A DNA stretch of 64,000 bases from an uncultured Chloroflexia bacterium (GTDB taxonomy: Bacteria; Chloroflexota; Anaerolineae; CG2-30-64-16), in NCBI GenBank assembly GCA_963810095.1, contig CAWEMM010000012.1, forward strand, positions 1 to 64,000. Direction: 5' to 3'. A program made the position numbers and the translations under genes. Position 1 is the stretch's first letter, and each line of letters opens with the position of its first letter. The notes below the pieces were generated by a model. That model was not told the origin of the DNA, did not search any database, and worked only from the letters and a program-made list of their open reading frames with translations. Of the stretch, positions 43,678 to 54,295 are shown piece after piece.

Positions 43678-46437
43678 ATGGTCAGCACCAAACGCAGCCC
43701 TGCAGGAGAGCGCAAGCCGAGATCGGCGCGCGGGGCCGTCCGGGATGCGCCTGTGGCAGTCAACCAGGCCCAGGCATACGACGTGCGCATCGTGCCGGCC
43801 CAGGTGGCGCCCGGCCAGGAATACTGGCGCGTCGTCAGCGTGCGCCACTTGAGTCCGGACGAGAACCGCGGCAAGCACAACGTGTTTGTCGACGCCCAGG
43901 ACGCTTCCGGTCAGCGCTGTCGAGACGCGGCGCTGCGCATCGGTTGGACGTGGGAGGGGCGCAACCCCCAGGACGCGGCAGACCCGAAGGCGCTCGATAA
44001 GCCGGACACCGAGCCCGCGGGCAACCTGGACGTGTACAAGGGGCAGCATATCGAGCTCTGGATCCAGGGTGATGGCCGGCCCAGCGACCATGTCGCGAAT
44101 TTGCGCACGGACCACCCCGACGAGCCGGGACCGAACGGCGAGTTGTGGAACACGTTATTCCACCACTCATTTTATGTGATCTTCCGTCTCAGCAAGATGG
44201 AGCCGGCGGGAAATGGACAGCAGCCGGGCGCCTCGGGCGCCGGTGCGCCGGGCGCCGGTGCGGGAACCGTCACTTCCCCCTCCAGCCCGCCACCTTCCAG
44301 CACACCGCCTTCCAACCCGCCCACGGCCGCGGGCTCGCCGGGAACGCCGGCGCCGCCCACGAGCGCGCCCGCGACGACTTTCCGCTTCGAGGCCTGGCCG
44401 AGCGAGTACCGGGTCATCACGCAGGCATTCGGCGTCAACCCGCAGAACTACAAGCCGTTCGGGCTGCCGGGGCACGAAGGCCTCGACATCAAGGCGCCGA
44501 CCGGCAGCAAGGTGTTCTGCGTCGCACCGGGGCAGGTCAAACTGATCACTCTCGTGAGCCCCGATCCCAAGAAGCCGGCGTATGGCAACCACGTGCGGGT
44601 GCTCCATGCGGACGGCTACGAGACGATCTACGCGCACCTGCAGTCGATCGCGGTCGAAATGGGGCAGACCGTGGCCGCGGGACAGCTCCTCGGGTTGGCG
44701 GACAGCACGGGCAACAGCACCGGCGCGCACTTGCACCTGACGCTCAAGCATCACGGCGAGTCGTTCGACGGCTATCCCAGCAGTATTGTCGATCCGACGC
44801 CGTTCCTGGCGCCGCTGCTCCAGGCGCAGCCCGCACCCGCAGCCGCAGGCGTGAAGGTGTCCGAAAAGTTGGGCTTAAACTGCAACGCGCCCACAGACGA
44901 CAACGGCAACCTCACCCCCCGCGTCGCAAACCCCCGGCTCATTGCAGATACGGGCGTGGGCTGGGTCCGGCTGAACTTCATCCTGCGGCCGTTCAACAGC
45001 CCCGCCGACGCGGGTTGGGTGGAGAATTACCGGAAGATCATCAAGGGCCTGCGCGACCAGGGGCTCAAGATCTACGGCCTGATCCACGCGCAAGCGGTGA
45101 CGGGCGACCCGGGCAACCAGTTCCGTGACGAGCCGGCAGGCTCGATCGACAACGACTGGATCCGCCGGTATGCCGAGAACTTCCGCATCATCGTCCAGCA
45201 GTTCAAGAACGACGTCGCGGTCTTCGAGTCGTTCAACGAACCCAACGACTGGCACCGGGTGCCGGGCGACCGGCCCTGGGAACAGCCGTGGGTGCATCCG
45301 TACTGGTTCGCCGTGATGCTGCAGAAGGTCTACGATGCGGTGCGCGACCTGAATGTGAAGCTCGTGTCGGGTCCGCTCCTGTCGACGCAATTCGGGAATG
45401 CGGCGGCCGGCTACCTGGCCAAGACCTACGAAGGGGGCGCCAAGTACTTCAAGTGGGGGGCCGGCGCGCCCGTGCCGTTTGACGGCGTCGCGTTCCACCC
45501 GTACGTCCTCATGGATTCTTCCCAGCCCGCGCTCGAGATCCCCCCGCGCTACCAGGACTACATGAAGGGGGTCAAGGACGCGATCACGACGTGGGAGAAG
45601 GGCACGCTGCGGCCGGTCTACATCTCTGAGATCGGCTTCCAGAACGCAGAGGACCGCCAGGTGGAGTGCATGAAGGTGGCCCTTCGCTGCGCGCTGGACG
45701 ACCCGTCCGTCGCGCTCTGCTTCTGGTATGGCATGCAGGACGATCCCGGCGAGTCCTACGGCTTGTATCGTAAGGAGGGCCTGGCGCCCGAACAGCAGAA
45801 GCCGGCGTACCAGGCCTTCGTCGCGCTGGCCCGAGAGGACCGCCGCGTCCCGGTGGCAGCCCTCCGCCCTGCGCCCCTGGTGCCCGATGCCCGTTTCGTC
45901 GCCGAGCTCGATGCGGTGAAGGATGGGACGGTCTTTGCGCCGGGCAGCTCGTTCACCAAGGTCTGGCGCATGCGGAACAGCGGCACGGCCCCATGGGGTG
46001 ACGGCTACAAGCTGGTGCGAATCGACGGGCTGAGTCTGGGCGCACCCGCCTCGATCCCCGTGCCCGCCTGCCCGCCGGGTCAAACGGTCGACCTCGCGGT
46101 CCCATTCGTGGTACCGCCGGAACCCGCGACGTGCACGAGCAGGTGGCAGCTCGTCGATCCGACCGGCAAACGCTTCGGCCAACCGGTCTGGACGACCATC
46201 AAGGTGCAGGCGCCGGTTGCCCCCGGCGTCGCGGCCAAGGACCTGTTCGGCGCCGAACCGTCCGAGCTCCTCGCGCCGGCCGCGGGACAGACGGCCGTCG
46301 CCGCCGCGCTCGGCATCATCTACACGACCTACTGGTTGCGGGTGCAGGCCGCCCAATCCGCCGCTGACCCGCAGCAGGCGCTGCGCGAGGCGGCCGAGGA
46401 CGCGCTCGCACAAATCAGGGCGTGGACGGCGACCTGA
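43678..46437 (+). CDS. Multidomain protein: unknown N-domain, M23 peptidase, GH-A-clan-like glycoside hydrolase, NBR1-like Ig domain
   Basis: M23 HEGLD/YAHL/HLHL; GH WVRLNF, FNEP, FHPY, ISEIG; NBR1 FTKVWRMRNSG...W. Confidence 0.85.
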   Translation: MVSTKRSPAGERKPRSARGAVRDAPVAVNQAQAYDVRIVPAQVAPGQEYWRVVSVRHLSPDENRGKHNVFVDAQDASGQRCRDAALRIGWTWEGRNPQDAADPKALDKPDTEPAGNLDVYKGQHIELWIQGDGRPSDHVANLRTDHPDEPGPNGELWNTLFHHSFYVIFRLSKMEPAGNGQQPGASGAGAPGAGAGTVTSPSSPPPSSTPPSNPPTAAGSPGTPAPPTSAPATTFRFEAWPSEYRVITQAFGVNPQNYKPFGLPGHEGLDIKAPTGSKVFCVAPGQVKLITLVSPDPKKPAYGNHVRVLHADGYETIYAHLQSIAVEMGQTVAAGQLLGLADSTGNSTGAHLHLTLKHHGESFDGYPSSIVDPTPFLAPLLQAQPAPAAAGVKVSEKLGLNCNAPTDDNGNLTPRVANPRLIADTGVGWVRLNFILRPFNSPADAGWVENYRKIIKGLRDQGLKIYGLIHAQAVTGDPGNQFRDEPAGSIDNDWIRRYAENFRIIVQQFKNDVAVFESFNEPNDWHRVPGDRPWEQPWVHPYWFAVMLQKVYDAVRDLNVKLVSGPLLSTQFGNAAAGYLAKTYEGGAKYFKWGAGAPVPFDGVAFHPYVLMDSSQPALEIPPRYQDYMKGVKDAITTWEKGTLRPVYISEIGFQNAEDRQVECMKVALRCALDDPSVALCFWYGMQDDPGESYGLYRKEGLAPEQQKPAYQAFVALAREDRRVPVAALRPAPLVPDARFVAELDAVKDGTVFAPGSSFTKVWRMRNSGTAPWGDGYKLVRIDGLSLGAPASIPVPACPPGQTVDLAVPFVVPPEPATCTSRWQLVDPTGKRFGQPVWTTIKVQAPVAPGVAAKDLFGAEPSELLAPAAGQTAVAAALGIIYTTYWLRVQAAQSAADPQQALREAAEDALAQIRAWTAT

Positions 46438-46446
46438 TGAGCTGCC

Positions 46447-46483
46447 GGGATGAGCTGTGCTCCGTGTGAGTACAGCTCATCCC
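46447..46483 (+). terminator. Stem-loop after the M23 gene
   Basis: gggatgagctgt...acagctcatccc, a 12-bp stem. Confidence 0.6.
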
Positions 46484-46745
46484 ACTGCTCGCAGGCAGCC
46501 TCTGCCGAGGTAGCCGCTGCCCGGGGGGCGCACAGTTCGCCTTGACAGCACAATTCACAAGAACGATGCACCAATTCCATTAAAATGGTTGTATAATCGT
46601 AGCGCCAACTAGCATTGCGAGCTTGCACCGCCGTTCTCAATATGCTCCAGAGCCAACAATGCTGAGGCCGGCTGCATCGTCAGCAGGCGGCTTTCTGTGT
46701 TGGACCGTGCCGGTTCTCGTGCGTTTCAGGACGGGGGTCACGGTC

Positions 46746-48572
46746 ATGGTAGTTGGGCTCTTCCGGTACAAGAACTTCGACCTCGAAGTCACGGAGTCCG
46801 ATGACGGCGCCTACCTAGCCGTTGCCTCCAGCGACCTCTTGCCATCGTCCGGACCCGTCAAGGCTCGTTTCTGCCTGCCATTCTCCGAAGAAGAACTCGC
46901 CCACTTTCCCGCGCCGGGCGGCTTTGCCCGTCGCCTGTCCCCAGTCCGCGACGCCCGGGTCACCCGCGCAGCGGCCCCTGCCGCTCTCGACGCAGCCGAA
47001 TTCGGACGTCGCCTCTTCGCAGCCGTCTTTGACGACGAGCAGGGACAGCCCAACGATGCGGGTGCGCTCCTCATGGCGTGCCTCCACGCCCTAAACGACC
47101 GTATCGGGCTCCGGATTCGTCTCGACCTCTGCCCTGCGCTGGCCGTTCTACCCTGGGAGTATCTGAGCTCGCCCCACGAAGATCCCTTCGCACTGTCCAA
47201 TAGAACGCCTGTCGTGCGAGTGCGCAAGGGCGACTGCCCCGCGCCAGACAACGCCGCGGTCGAAGCGCCTCTGCGGGTGCTCGCCATCATCTCGCCCGCC
47301 AGCAGCGACCTGGACCTGGCCGGGGAGTGGGAGGAACTGCAGACCGCACTGAGCGATCTCGTGACGTGGAAGTACGTCGAGATCGACCTACTCCAACGCC
47401 CGACGTTAGCCGGTCTGCAGGATGTACTGCGCGAGCACGAGTATCACGTCATTCATTTCATGGGCCACGGCGGCTTTGACGACGCGACGAATCAAGCGGT
47501 GCTCCTCTTCGACAAGGAGACGCCGGCCGAACACCTGGCCCGCCACCTGGGCAACCACCCACCCAAGCTCGTCTTCCTCAATGCATGTAACAGCGGCAAG
47601 AGCTCGCCAAACGACGCACTGGCCGGCGCGGCCCAGGGCCTGATCGCGAAGCAGGTGCCCGAGGTCGTTGCGATGCAGTTCCCCATCGGCGACCGGGCCG
47701 CGGTGCTGCTGGCGCGGGAGTTCTACGAGGCCATCGCCGACGGCTACCCGGTCGAGGCCGCGCTGAGTGAGGCCCGGCTGGCCGTCCTCGACTCGCAGCA
47801 GCAGGACGAGTGGAGCACGCCGGTGCTGTTCAGCTGCGGCACAGGCAGCATGGCGCTGGACCTGCCCGAACCGCCCCCACCCTACCGGCCGGGAACCGGC
47901 GAGCCTGAGACCGTGGTCATCCCGGCAGGGCGCTTCTGGTTTGGCAGCGGGGTGCCCGAAGATCAGCAGGGCGGCGCAGACCTGCCGCGCCAGCTCCGCC
48001 TGCCCACCTACGCAATCGGGAAGTACCCCGTTCGGAACGACGAATATGCCGGTTTCCTGAGCGAACCGAAGAACCGCAAGTATCTCCCGAGCGATCCCGG
48101 TTGGACCGTCATCGACCCACCCGCGGGACGGGAGGCAGCACCGGTTGTTGGCCTGACATGGGAAGCAGCCTGCGTCTACTGCGAGTGGCTGAGCCAGACC
48201 ACAGGCCAGCGCTACCGCCTGCCCACGGAAGCCGAATGGGAAAAGGCGGCCCGGGGCGACCAGGACCAGCGGCGCTACCCCTGGGGCAATGATCCCGCCG
48301 GCGCCCGCGCGCCAAGCCCCTACGGCTGCTGTGACATGGTAGGCACGATTTACGAGTGGACCTGCACCAAGTGGGACGGCGATCCAACAGCAGTATTTGG
48401 CCCGCATGAGGCGGGATCGTTGTCCGTCCGTGCGTCTGATGACGCTCTGACCCAGCGCGGCGGGCCTTTCAAGGCTGGTCAGCCGGCCGGGAACTGCAGT
48501 ACCCGGCGCCGCCAGCCGGGGTTGCGGACGTCTCAGAGCGTGGGCTTTCGGGTCGTGCGGGTCGTCGGTTGA
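46746..48572 (+). CDS. CHAT (caspase-like) protease fused to an FGE-sulfatase (SUMF1) domain
   Basis: LPWEYL, HFMGHG, FLNACNS, VVAMQ; YRLPTEAEWEKAARG, YPWG, DMVG...EW, GFRV. Confidence 0.9.
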   Translation: MVVGLFRYKNFDLEVTESDDGAYLAVASSDLLPSSGPVKARFCLPFSEEELAHFPAPGGFARRLSPVRDARVTRAAAPAALDAAEFGRRLFAAVFDDEQGQPNDAGALLMACLHALNDRIGLRIRLDLCPALAVLPWEYLSSPHEDPFALSNRTPVVRVRKGDCPAPDNAAVEAPLRVLAIISPASSDLDLAGEWEELQTALSDLVTWKYVEIDLLQRPTLAGLQDVLREHEYHVIHFMGHGGFDDATNQAVLLFDKETPAEHLARHLGNHPPKLVFLNACNSGKSSPNDALAGAAQGLIAKQVPEVVAMQFPIGDRAAVLLAREFYEAIADGYPVEAALSEARLAVLDSQQQDEWSTPVLFSCGTGSMALDLPEPPPPYRPGTGEPETVVIPAGRFWFGSGVPEDQQGGADLPRQLRLPTYAIGKYPVRNDEYAGFLSEPKNRKYLPSDPGWTVIDPPAGREAAPVVGLTWEAACVYCEWLSQTTGQRYRLPTEAEWEKAARGDQDQRRYPWGNDPAGARAPSPYGCCDMVGTIYEWTCTKWDGDPTAVFGPHEAGSLSVRASDDALTQRGGPFKAGQPAGNCSTRRRQPGLRTSQSVGFRVVRVVG

Positions 48573-48604
48573 TGGAGCGAGGCGGGGCTTAGGAGGCGAA
48601 CGGG

Positions 48605-49654
48605 ATGGACGACGAACAAGTGCAGACCGCAGCCCGGCGAATAAAAGAGGGTACGTGCACGCCGATCATCAGCAACGAACTCATCATCGACCAGTATTTC
48701 GGCCAGGAAGCCGCAGGCAAGCTGGCGGGTGATTGGGCGCGCAGCGAGAGGGTGGGCTATCCCCTCGAATTGGACGAGGACAAGTACGACCTGTCCTGCA
48801 TCGCCCAGTACTGCTCGACTGTCAAGGGCTCCAGCGCAGCAAAAAGTATGTATCACGATCATCTCAAAAAGAGGTTTATCGAGGATGTCAAAAAAGCCGA
48901 TGCTCGGGCCGATGTGGACGACATCGACGAGCAGCGGGGAGACTTTACGTTCACGCAACTGGTCCTCGAACAACTCCAGCACCCGGGGTTCGGCCAACGC
49001 CTGGCGCCGGCCGCAGACGGAGCAGGCGACGGAACCACCCGAACGATCGTCGAGACGCTCGCGACCTTCAAGGCAAAGGTCTTTATCACCACCAGCCCGC
49101 ACACATTTCTCGAGAGTGCGCTGAAAAAGTACCAGAAGACACCGCGCAGCAAAGTCTACGACCCTCTGTGGGCTTCTCGGGGCGAGGATGACGCCGGCGC
49201 GACCGGAACGGGGGAAGCAACGAAGAGTGACGAGTGGAACCCGATGGTGTACCACTTGCTGGGCAAGGAAGACTTTGACGACTCGCTCGTGCTTTCTGAG
49301 GATGATTACCTGAGCGTGTTGCCAAGACTGTTCGAGGACCGCAAGAACACCAAGGTCGTGCCCGGCGAAGTGAGCGACGCCTTGACCCGCAGTTACCTGC
49401 TGCTGTTGGGGTACGACGTCGCCAGTTGGGAATTCAGAATCGTGCTCCGGCTCATTGCAACCCAGTACCCGCGACCACGCGGCATCGCGGTGCAGATCGA
49501 TCCGTACCGGGCGCCCGGCAAGGTAAAGGACCGCGACGCATACCTGGCCTACCTGAAGAAGGTGTTTGGCGACCCGGAACTCACCGTCTTTGCCGGCACG
49601 CCGTGGCAGCTTGTCGGCGACCTTGCCAAACGGCTGAAAGGGGGATCGCCGTGA
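48605..49654 (+). CDS. SIR2-like domain protein (divergent motifs)
   Basis: FITTS, VYHLLG, SLVLSEDDY, LLLLGY...WEFR. Confidence 0.75.
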   Translation: MDDEQVQTAARRIKEGTCTPIISNELIIDQYFGQEAAGKLAGDWARSERVGYPLELDEDKYDLSCIAQYCSTVKGSSAAKSMYHDHLKKRFIEDVKKADARADVDDIDEQRGDFTFTQLVLEQLQHPGFGQRLAPAADGAGDGTTRTIVETLATFKAKVFITTSPHTFLESALKKYQKTPRSKVYDPLWASRGEDDAGATGTGEATKSDEWNPMVYHLLGKEDFDDSLVLSEDDYLSVLPRLFEDRKNTKVVPGEVSDALTRSYLLLLGYDVASWEFRIVLRLIATQYPRPRGIAVQIDPYRAPGKVKDRDAYLAYLKKVFGDPELTVFAGTPWQLVGDLAKRLKGGSP

Positions 49655-52600
49655 CCAACGCAGTTTCAAGCGATGCAGCCGCCGTGGTCGCGGCCGCGCC
49701 GGTCGACGCACCCTTGGTCCCCCTGCCGGCGGAACCCAAGGAAATGCCCAACCCTTACGTCGGACCGCGGCCCTTCACGAAGGAGGAAGCCGCGCTCTTC
49801 TTCGGTCGAGATCACGAGTCGTCGGACCTGCGGACCCTCGTTTTCGTCGACCGGATCGTGCTCTTCGATGCAGCGTCGGGCGCGGGCAAAAGCTCGCTCC
49901 TCAACGCGGCGCTGCGGCAGAAGCTGAAAGAAGACCATTTCGACCTGGTGCCCGCCGACACGGCCAAGGCGCAGAGCGGCCGGGTGCGCGGCAGCTCCGC
50001 GGTCGAGGCCCCCGCCAACGTTCCCAACATCTTCGTCTACAACCTCCTCACCAGCATCGACGAAGGCAGACATACGGCCGGCGAGCTTGCGACCATGACG
50101 CTCAAGGCCTACCTGGACGAGCTGCCGGCCCCACCGCCGGGGCCCGACCGGGAACGGGTGGCACGGGTGCTGATCGTCGACCAGTTCGAAGAGATCTTTA
50201 CGTCGCACCTGGACCGCTGGGAAGACCGGGCAGGGTTCTTCAGGCAGCTGCGGGAGGCTGTCACGCCCCCCAAGGCCGACAATTCTGGCAACGGAGGCGG
50301 CCCGCTCAAGCCCGACATCTTCGTCATCCTGGCCATGCGCGACGATGCGGCGGCGATGCTTGACCAATACGCGCACCTGCTGCCCGGGCCGCCTGCGCAC
50401 CCGCTTCAACATGCAGCGCCTGGACCACGAGGCGGCGCTGTTGGCGATCCAGGGGCCGGCGGCGAATGCGGGACGACCCTTCGCCGAGGGCGTCGCCGAA
50501 GCGCTGCGCGACAACCTGTCCCTGGTCGACAACCCGGAGCGCAGACCCGAGAAGTACCAGGCCGAGTTCATCGAGCCGGTGCAGTTACAGGTTGTCTGCT
50601 GGCAGCTCTGGGAGGAACTCAGGTCGATGCCGTGCGGCGAGGCCGGCGACTTGCCCCTGGCTGCCGGCGCCGCGCCCGTGGCGCCGGCGAAGCCATGCCC
50701 GATCACCATGGAGCAGCTCCTGGCCGTGGCCCAGAAGCTTACCGGGGAGCCAGACCTGGGGACGTTTGTCGACGGCGCGCTGCAGCGCTTCTACGAAAAC
50801 GTCATGTCGGGGTCGGCCGGCAGCTTGGGTCTCACGGAGTTCGAGCTGCGCTCGTGGGTCGAGGACGAGCTAATTACCGGGCAGGGCACCCGCAACCTGG
50901 TCGACCAAGGCGAAACGAAAACCGCGGGGCTGCCAAATACGGCCGTCGAGGAGCTAAAAAAGCGGCTGCTGCTCCACCAGGAAGAACGGGGCGCGGTCCA
51001 GTTCTTCGAGCTGTTTCACGACCGGCTCGTAACGCCGATCAAGCTGTCCAATGCCGAATGGTTCAAGAAGCAGGATGTATCCCTGCAGAAAGCCGCGAGT
51101 GGAAGAAGTTCGACTCGCTTGGCAAGGGCGACGAGTGGTTGGCCCGCGGCGCCGGCCTGAAACGGGTCAGGAGCTACGTCGAGGCGGCGCAGGGGGCGGG
51201 GCAGCGGGTGCCGCCCGACCTGGTCACCTTCCTGAAAGCAAGCCAGGAGAAGGAAGCCGCCGCCAAACAGGGACGCAATTACGTCGCCCTGCTCCTGGGC
51301 TTTCTCGGCCTGCTGCTGGTCCTCGGCGTCATCTGGTCGCGTTATGTCGACAGCACGAACCAGAAAATCGCGGCCCGGGCCGACCTGGCGGGCCTGCATG
51401 CCGGCCAGATCAGCGACAAGCAGGGTGTGGCCGCAAACCCTGCGGTCGAGCCCCAGCTGAGCTTGCTGCTGGCAGTCGAGGCGCTCGACAGCATCGAGGT
51501 GGGCGGGTTTGAGGAACTGCTGGACCAGCAGTTCGGCGGCAGCAAGATCGCGCACGCGCGCACTGCCCTCCTTGGCAAGCTGCAGAGCGTGTTATCCGAG
51601 ACGGGCGGCGTGCCATTGCGGGCCGGACATGCGGTGACTGCCACCGCGGTGCTATCCTCGAGCGTCGCGGTCAGCCCGGACGGGCGCTGGGTTGCCGGCC
51701 TCGAGGCCGGCGCGGCTCCCAAGCTGCACATCTGGGACCTCCGGGGCAATCCGCCTGACGAGGAACCGGGGTCGCGGCCAGTCGACGCGACCACCATCAC
51801 CACGCTGGCGCTCGACGGGAAGGGCTCGGGGCTGTTCGTGGGTCACGACGACGGAAGCGTTGAGTATGTCTCGTTCGCCGACCGCCAGCCCCAGGCGCTG
51901 CCCGGTATCAAGGGGCAACAGCCCGTCACCCTGCTCGCCACGAGTCCGAGCCCGGGCCGCTGGCTCGCCCTGGCGGATGGGACGACAGAACTGGCGCTCT
52001 ACCCACTGAATCCCGAAGGCGCTCCGGGCCCCGTGCAGACGCTGCCCGGCCATGTCGGCGGAGTGCGGTCGGCTGTCTTCAGCCCCAACGGCAGCGTGGC
52101 TGGCCACGGTCGACGGCGAGGATCGCCTGCGCTTGTGGGATCTGCGAGGGGTTGCGGGCGCCGCAGTAGACGATGCCCGGCTGGGCGAGGCAGCCGGCCG
52201 CATTGTTGCCTTCAGCCAGGACGCGCAAGATCCGGCCTGGGTCGCAGCCGCCGGCCCCGAAGCCAATGTCGTCTACCTGTGGCGACTGCCGCTCAGCCCC
52301 GGATCGGCCGCGTACAAGATCAAGTTCGGCGCGCAAACGGACGCACCGGTTGCCGCGCTCGCGTTTGCCCGGCCTGTCGACGGACCGGCCAGATACCTGG
52401 TCGTGAGCCACACGGACGGCAAAATCATCCTGTGGCATCTGCCCACCGATCAGGATCGCGAAGAGCTGGCTGCGGCGCTGGCAGCCGAAGAGCAGGTCGC
52501 GGCGGCCGGTTCGGCCGAGAGCACGGCCGGGGCGCCCAAAACGGGCGCGGCCGGCTCAGGCCCGATTGGCGAGGACGATGGCAGCCCACCGTCAGACACA

Positions 52601-53206
52601 GGCCCTATCGGCCAGGACGATAGCAGCACACAGGCGAACGCCGGCCCTATCGGCCAGGATGGCGAGTCCGGCGCGACCCCGACCGGAGCGCCGGCGATGG
52701 ACTCCTATCCGGACCGCTGGCCGCCTATCGTGCTGACCACCCCGGGCCGGCCGCTCGTCGCGGCCAGTGGCAAGTGGCTGCTCACCGCGAGCGCCGGCGA
52801 CCCTCGCCTTTGCCGGTGGGATATCACCGAGCTGGAGCAGGGAAAGGTGTATCAAAGCCGGGTGCTAGAGCCGCCGTCCGAGGGACAGGACACGAAGCCG
52901 CCCGCTTCTTGTACGCCCATGAGCGGGCACGAAGACCCGGTGACGGCGCTGTATGCGGCGTGGATCCCGAAAGACGGGCTGCCGGGCTGGCTCAGCGTGG
53001 ACGAGCACGGCATACGGTATTGGCAGCCGCCGGGGGCCGCCGAGGGACAGCCGGCCGGCGATGGAAAGACTCTCTCGTCGCAGCTCAAGGAGCAGGCGTG
53101 CCGGAGGGCCGGCCGAGCGCTGACCCCGGGCGAGCTGGAGCGATTTATCCTGGCGAGCGCTCCGGGCGACGCGCAGTCGACCTGCGAGCGAATTCTGGGC
53201 GAATAG
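49651..53206 (+). CDS. STAND (nSTAND1-like) NTPase, TM helix, WD40-like repeats (indels near 50390, 51090, 52095)
   Basis: NPYVGPRPF...FFGR, ASGAGKSS, VDQFEE, QLQVVC, ELFHD; TM YVALLLGFLGLLLVLGVIW; SPDGRW, GHVGGVRSAVFSPNG, LWD; terminal ACRRAGRALT; GTGA overlap with the SIR2 gene. Confidence 0.85.
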
Positions 53207-53246
53207 CCGGAAGGCATGGTGGGCCGCTCGGCTCAGGAGGTGGAGT

Positions 53247-54137
53247 ATGGCGTTCACGCGACACGCAGGCTTGAAGTGGTTGCTGCTAGGCGGCCTGTTT
53301 CTTGCATTGGCCCTCATGCTGCTGAGCAGCCGGGCCGCGGCTGCGGCATGCGGCGGAGGGATCAAGTTTGGCAGCCAGACCTCGGACTGGATCGAGCGCA
53401 GCGGAGACCAGTGCGAGTACTTCTACGAGTACACCGGCGACGGGCAGACCGCAAAGGAAATCACCATTGCGATGCTCGGCGTCTCGCTCGACGAGCCGTC
53501 CCTCGCGCTGTATGCGCCGGGCAGCCGCACGCCGATGACGGGGGCGGACTGCGAGAAGCCAGTCGAGCGTCTTAGCCGGCTCAGTCCCACACCTGCACCA
53601 ACACCCTCACTCGCCCTAAGGGTCAAGCCGTCGCTGAGCCGGGCCCTGGCTGTCAGCCGGGAGGCGTCGATCTCATGTTACCTGAAGAAGCCGGGTATCT
53701 ACCGTATCGTGGCCGCCCGTGACCCCAACGCCCGGGCCGGCACGGCAACGGGCCAGTTCGTGCTCAATCTCTGTGGGACGCACATCGCCAGCCCGTACGA
53801 CGAGACACTCGAGGCGCCGCGCGACGGCGAGATCGAGCGGAAGGGGCTCGCGTGCTACAGCTTCGAGGCTCAGCCGAACGACTGTGTCACGATCGCGATG
53901 AACAAGAACCGCAAGGTGGCCGGGAACACGCTCGACCCCTGGCTGGACCTTCGCGACCCTGCAGGCACGATCATCGCATCGGACGACAACAGCAACGAGA
54001 ACGACAATGCGGCGATCCGAAACTTCTGCCTGAAGAAGCCCGGACTCTACACGATCATCGCGCGCTCGTACGATTTCAGCGGGAGCGGCCCGTTCAAATT
54101 CTACTTCACCCTGAAAGAGGCGCCCGCGAAGCGCTGA
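53247..54137 (+). CDS. Secreted protein with two PPC-like (pre-peptidase C-terminal) domains
   Basis: Signal-peptide-like N-terminus; YSFEA...VTIAM...LDPWLDLRDPAG...DDN...LKKPGLYTIIAR; Cys-rich. Confidence 0.75.
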   Translation: MAFTRHAGLKWLLLGGLFLALALMLLSSRAAAAACGGGIKFGSQTSDWIERSGDQCEYFYEYTGDGQTAKEITIAMLGVSLDEPSLALYAPGSRTPMTGADCEKPVERLSRLSPTPAPTPSLALRVKPSLSRALAVSREASISCYLKKPGIYRIVAARDPNARAGTATGQFVLNLCGTHIASPYDETLEAPRDGEIERKGLACYSFEAQPNDCVTIAMNKNRKVAGNTLDPWLDLRDPAGTIIASDDNSNENDNAAIRNFCLKKPGLYTIIARSYDFSGSGPFKFYFTLKEAPAKR

Positions 54138-54295
54138 GGCGCGCTCGTCGAGTCAGGGGTGCAACCTGCCCGGTCCTTGCAGCACCGGGCGCGTGAGAAC
54201 GCGTGCCGGCTCCTGACAGCGCTTTACGCCTCACGCAACACTGGGGCTCTCCATTCGTATTGGCGAGAGGATCATCAGTCCTTAGGAGCGATACA

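Noticed and set aside
43678-54137. Prophage or mobile island
   Set aside because: No integrase, transposase, phage structural genes or att-like repeats were recognised.
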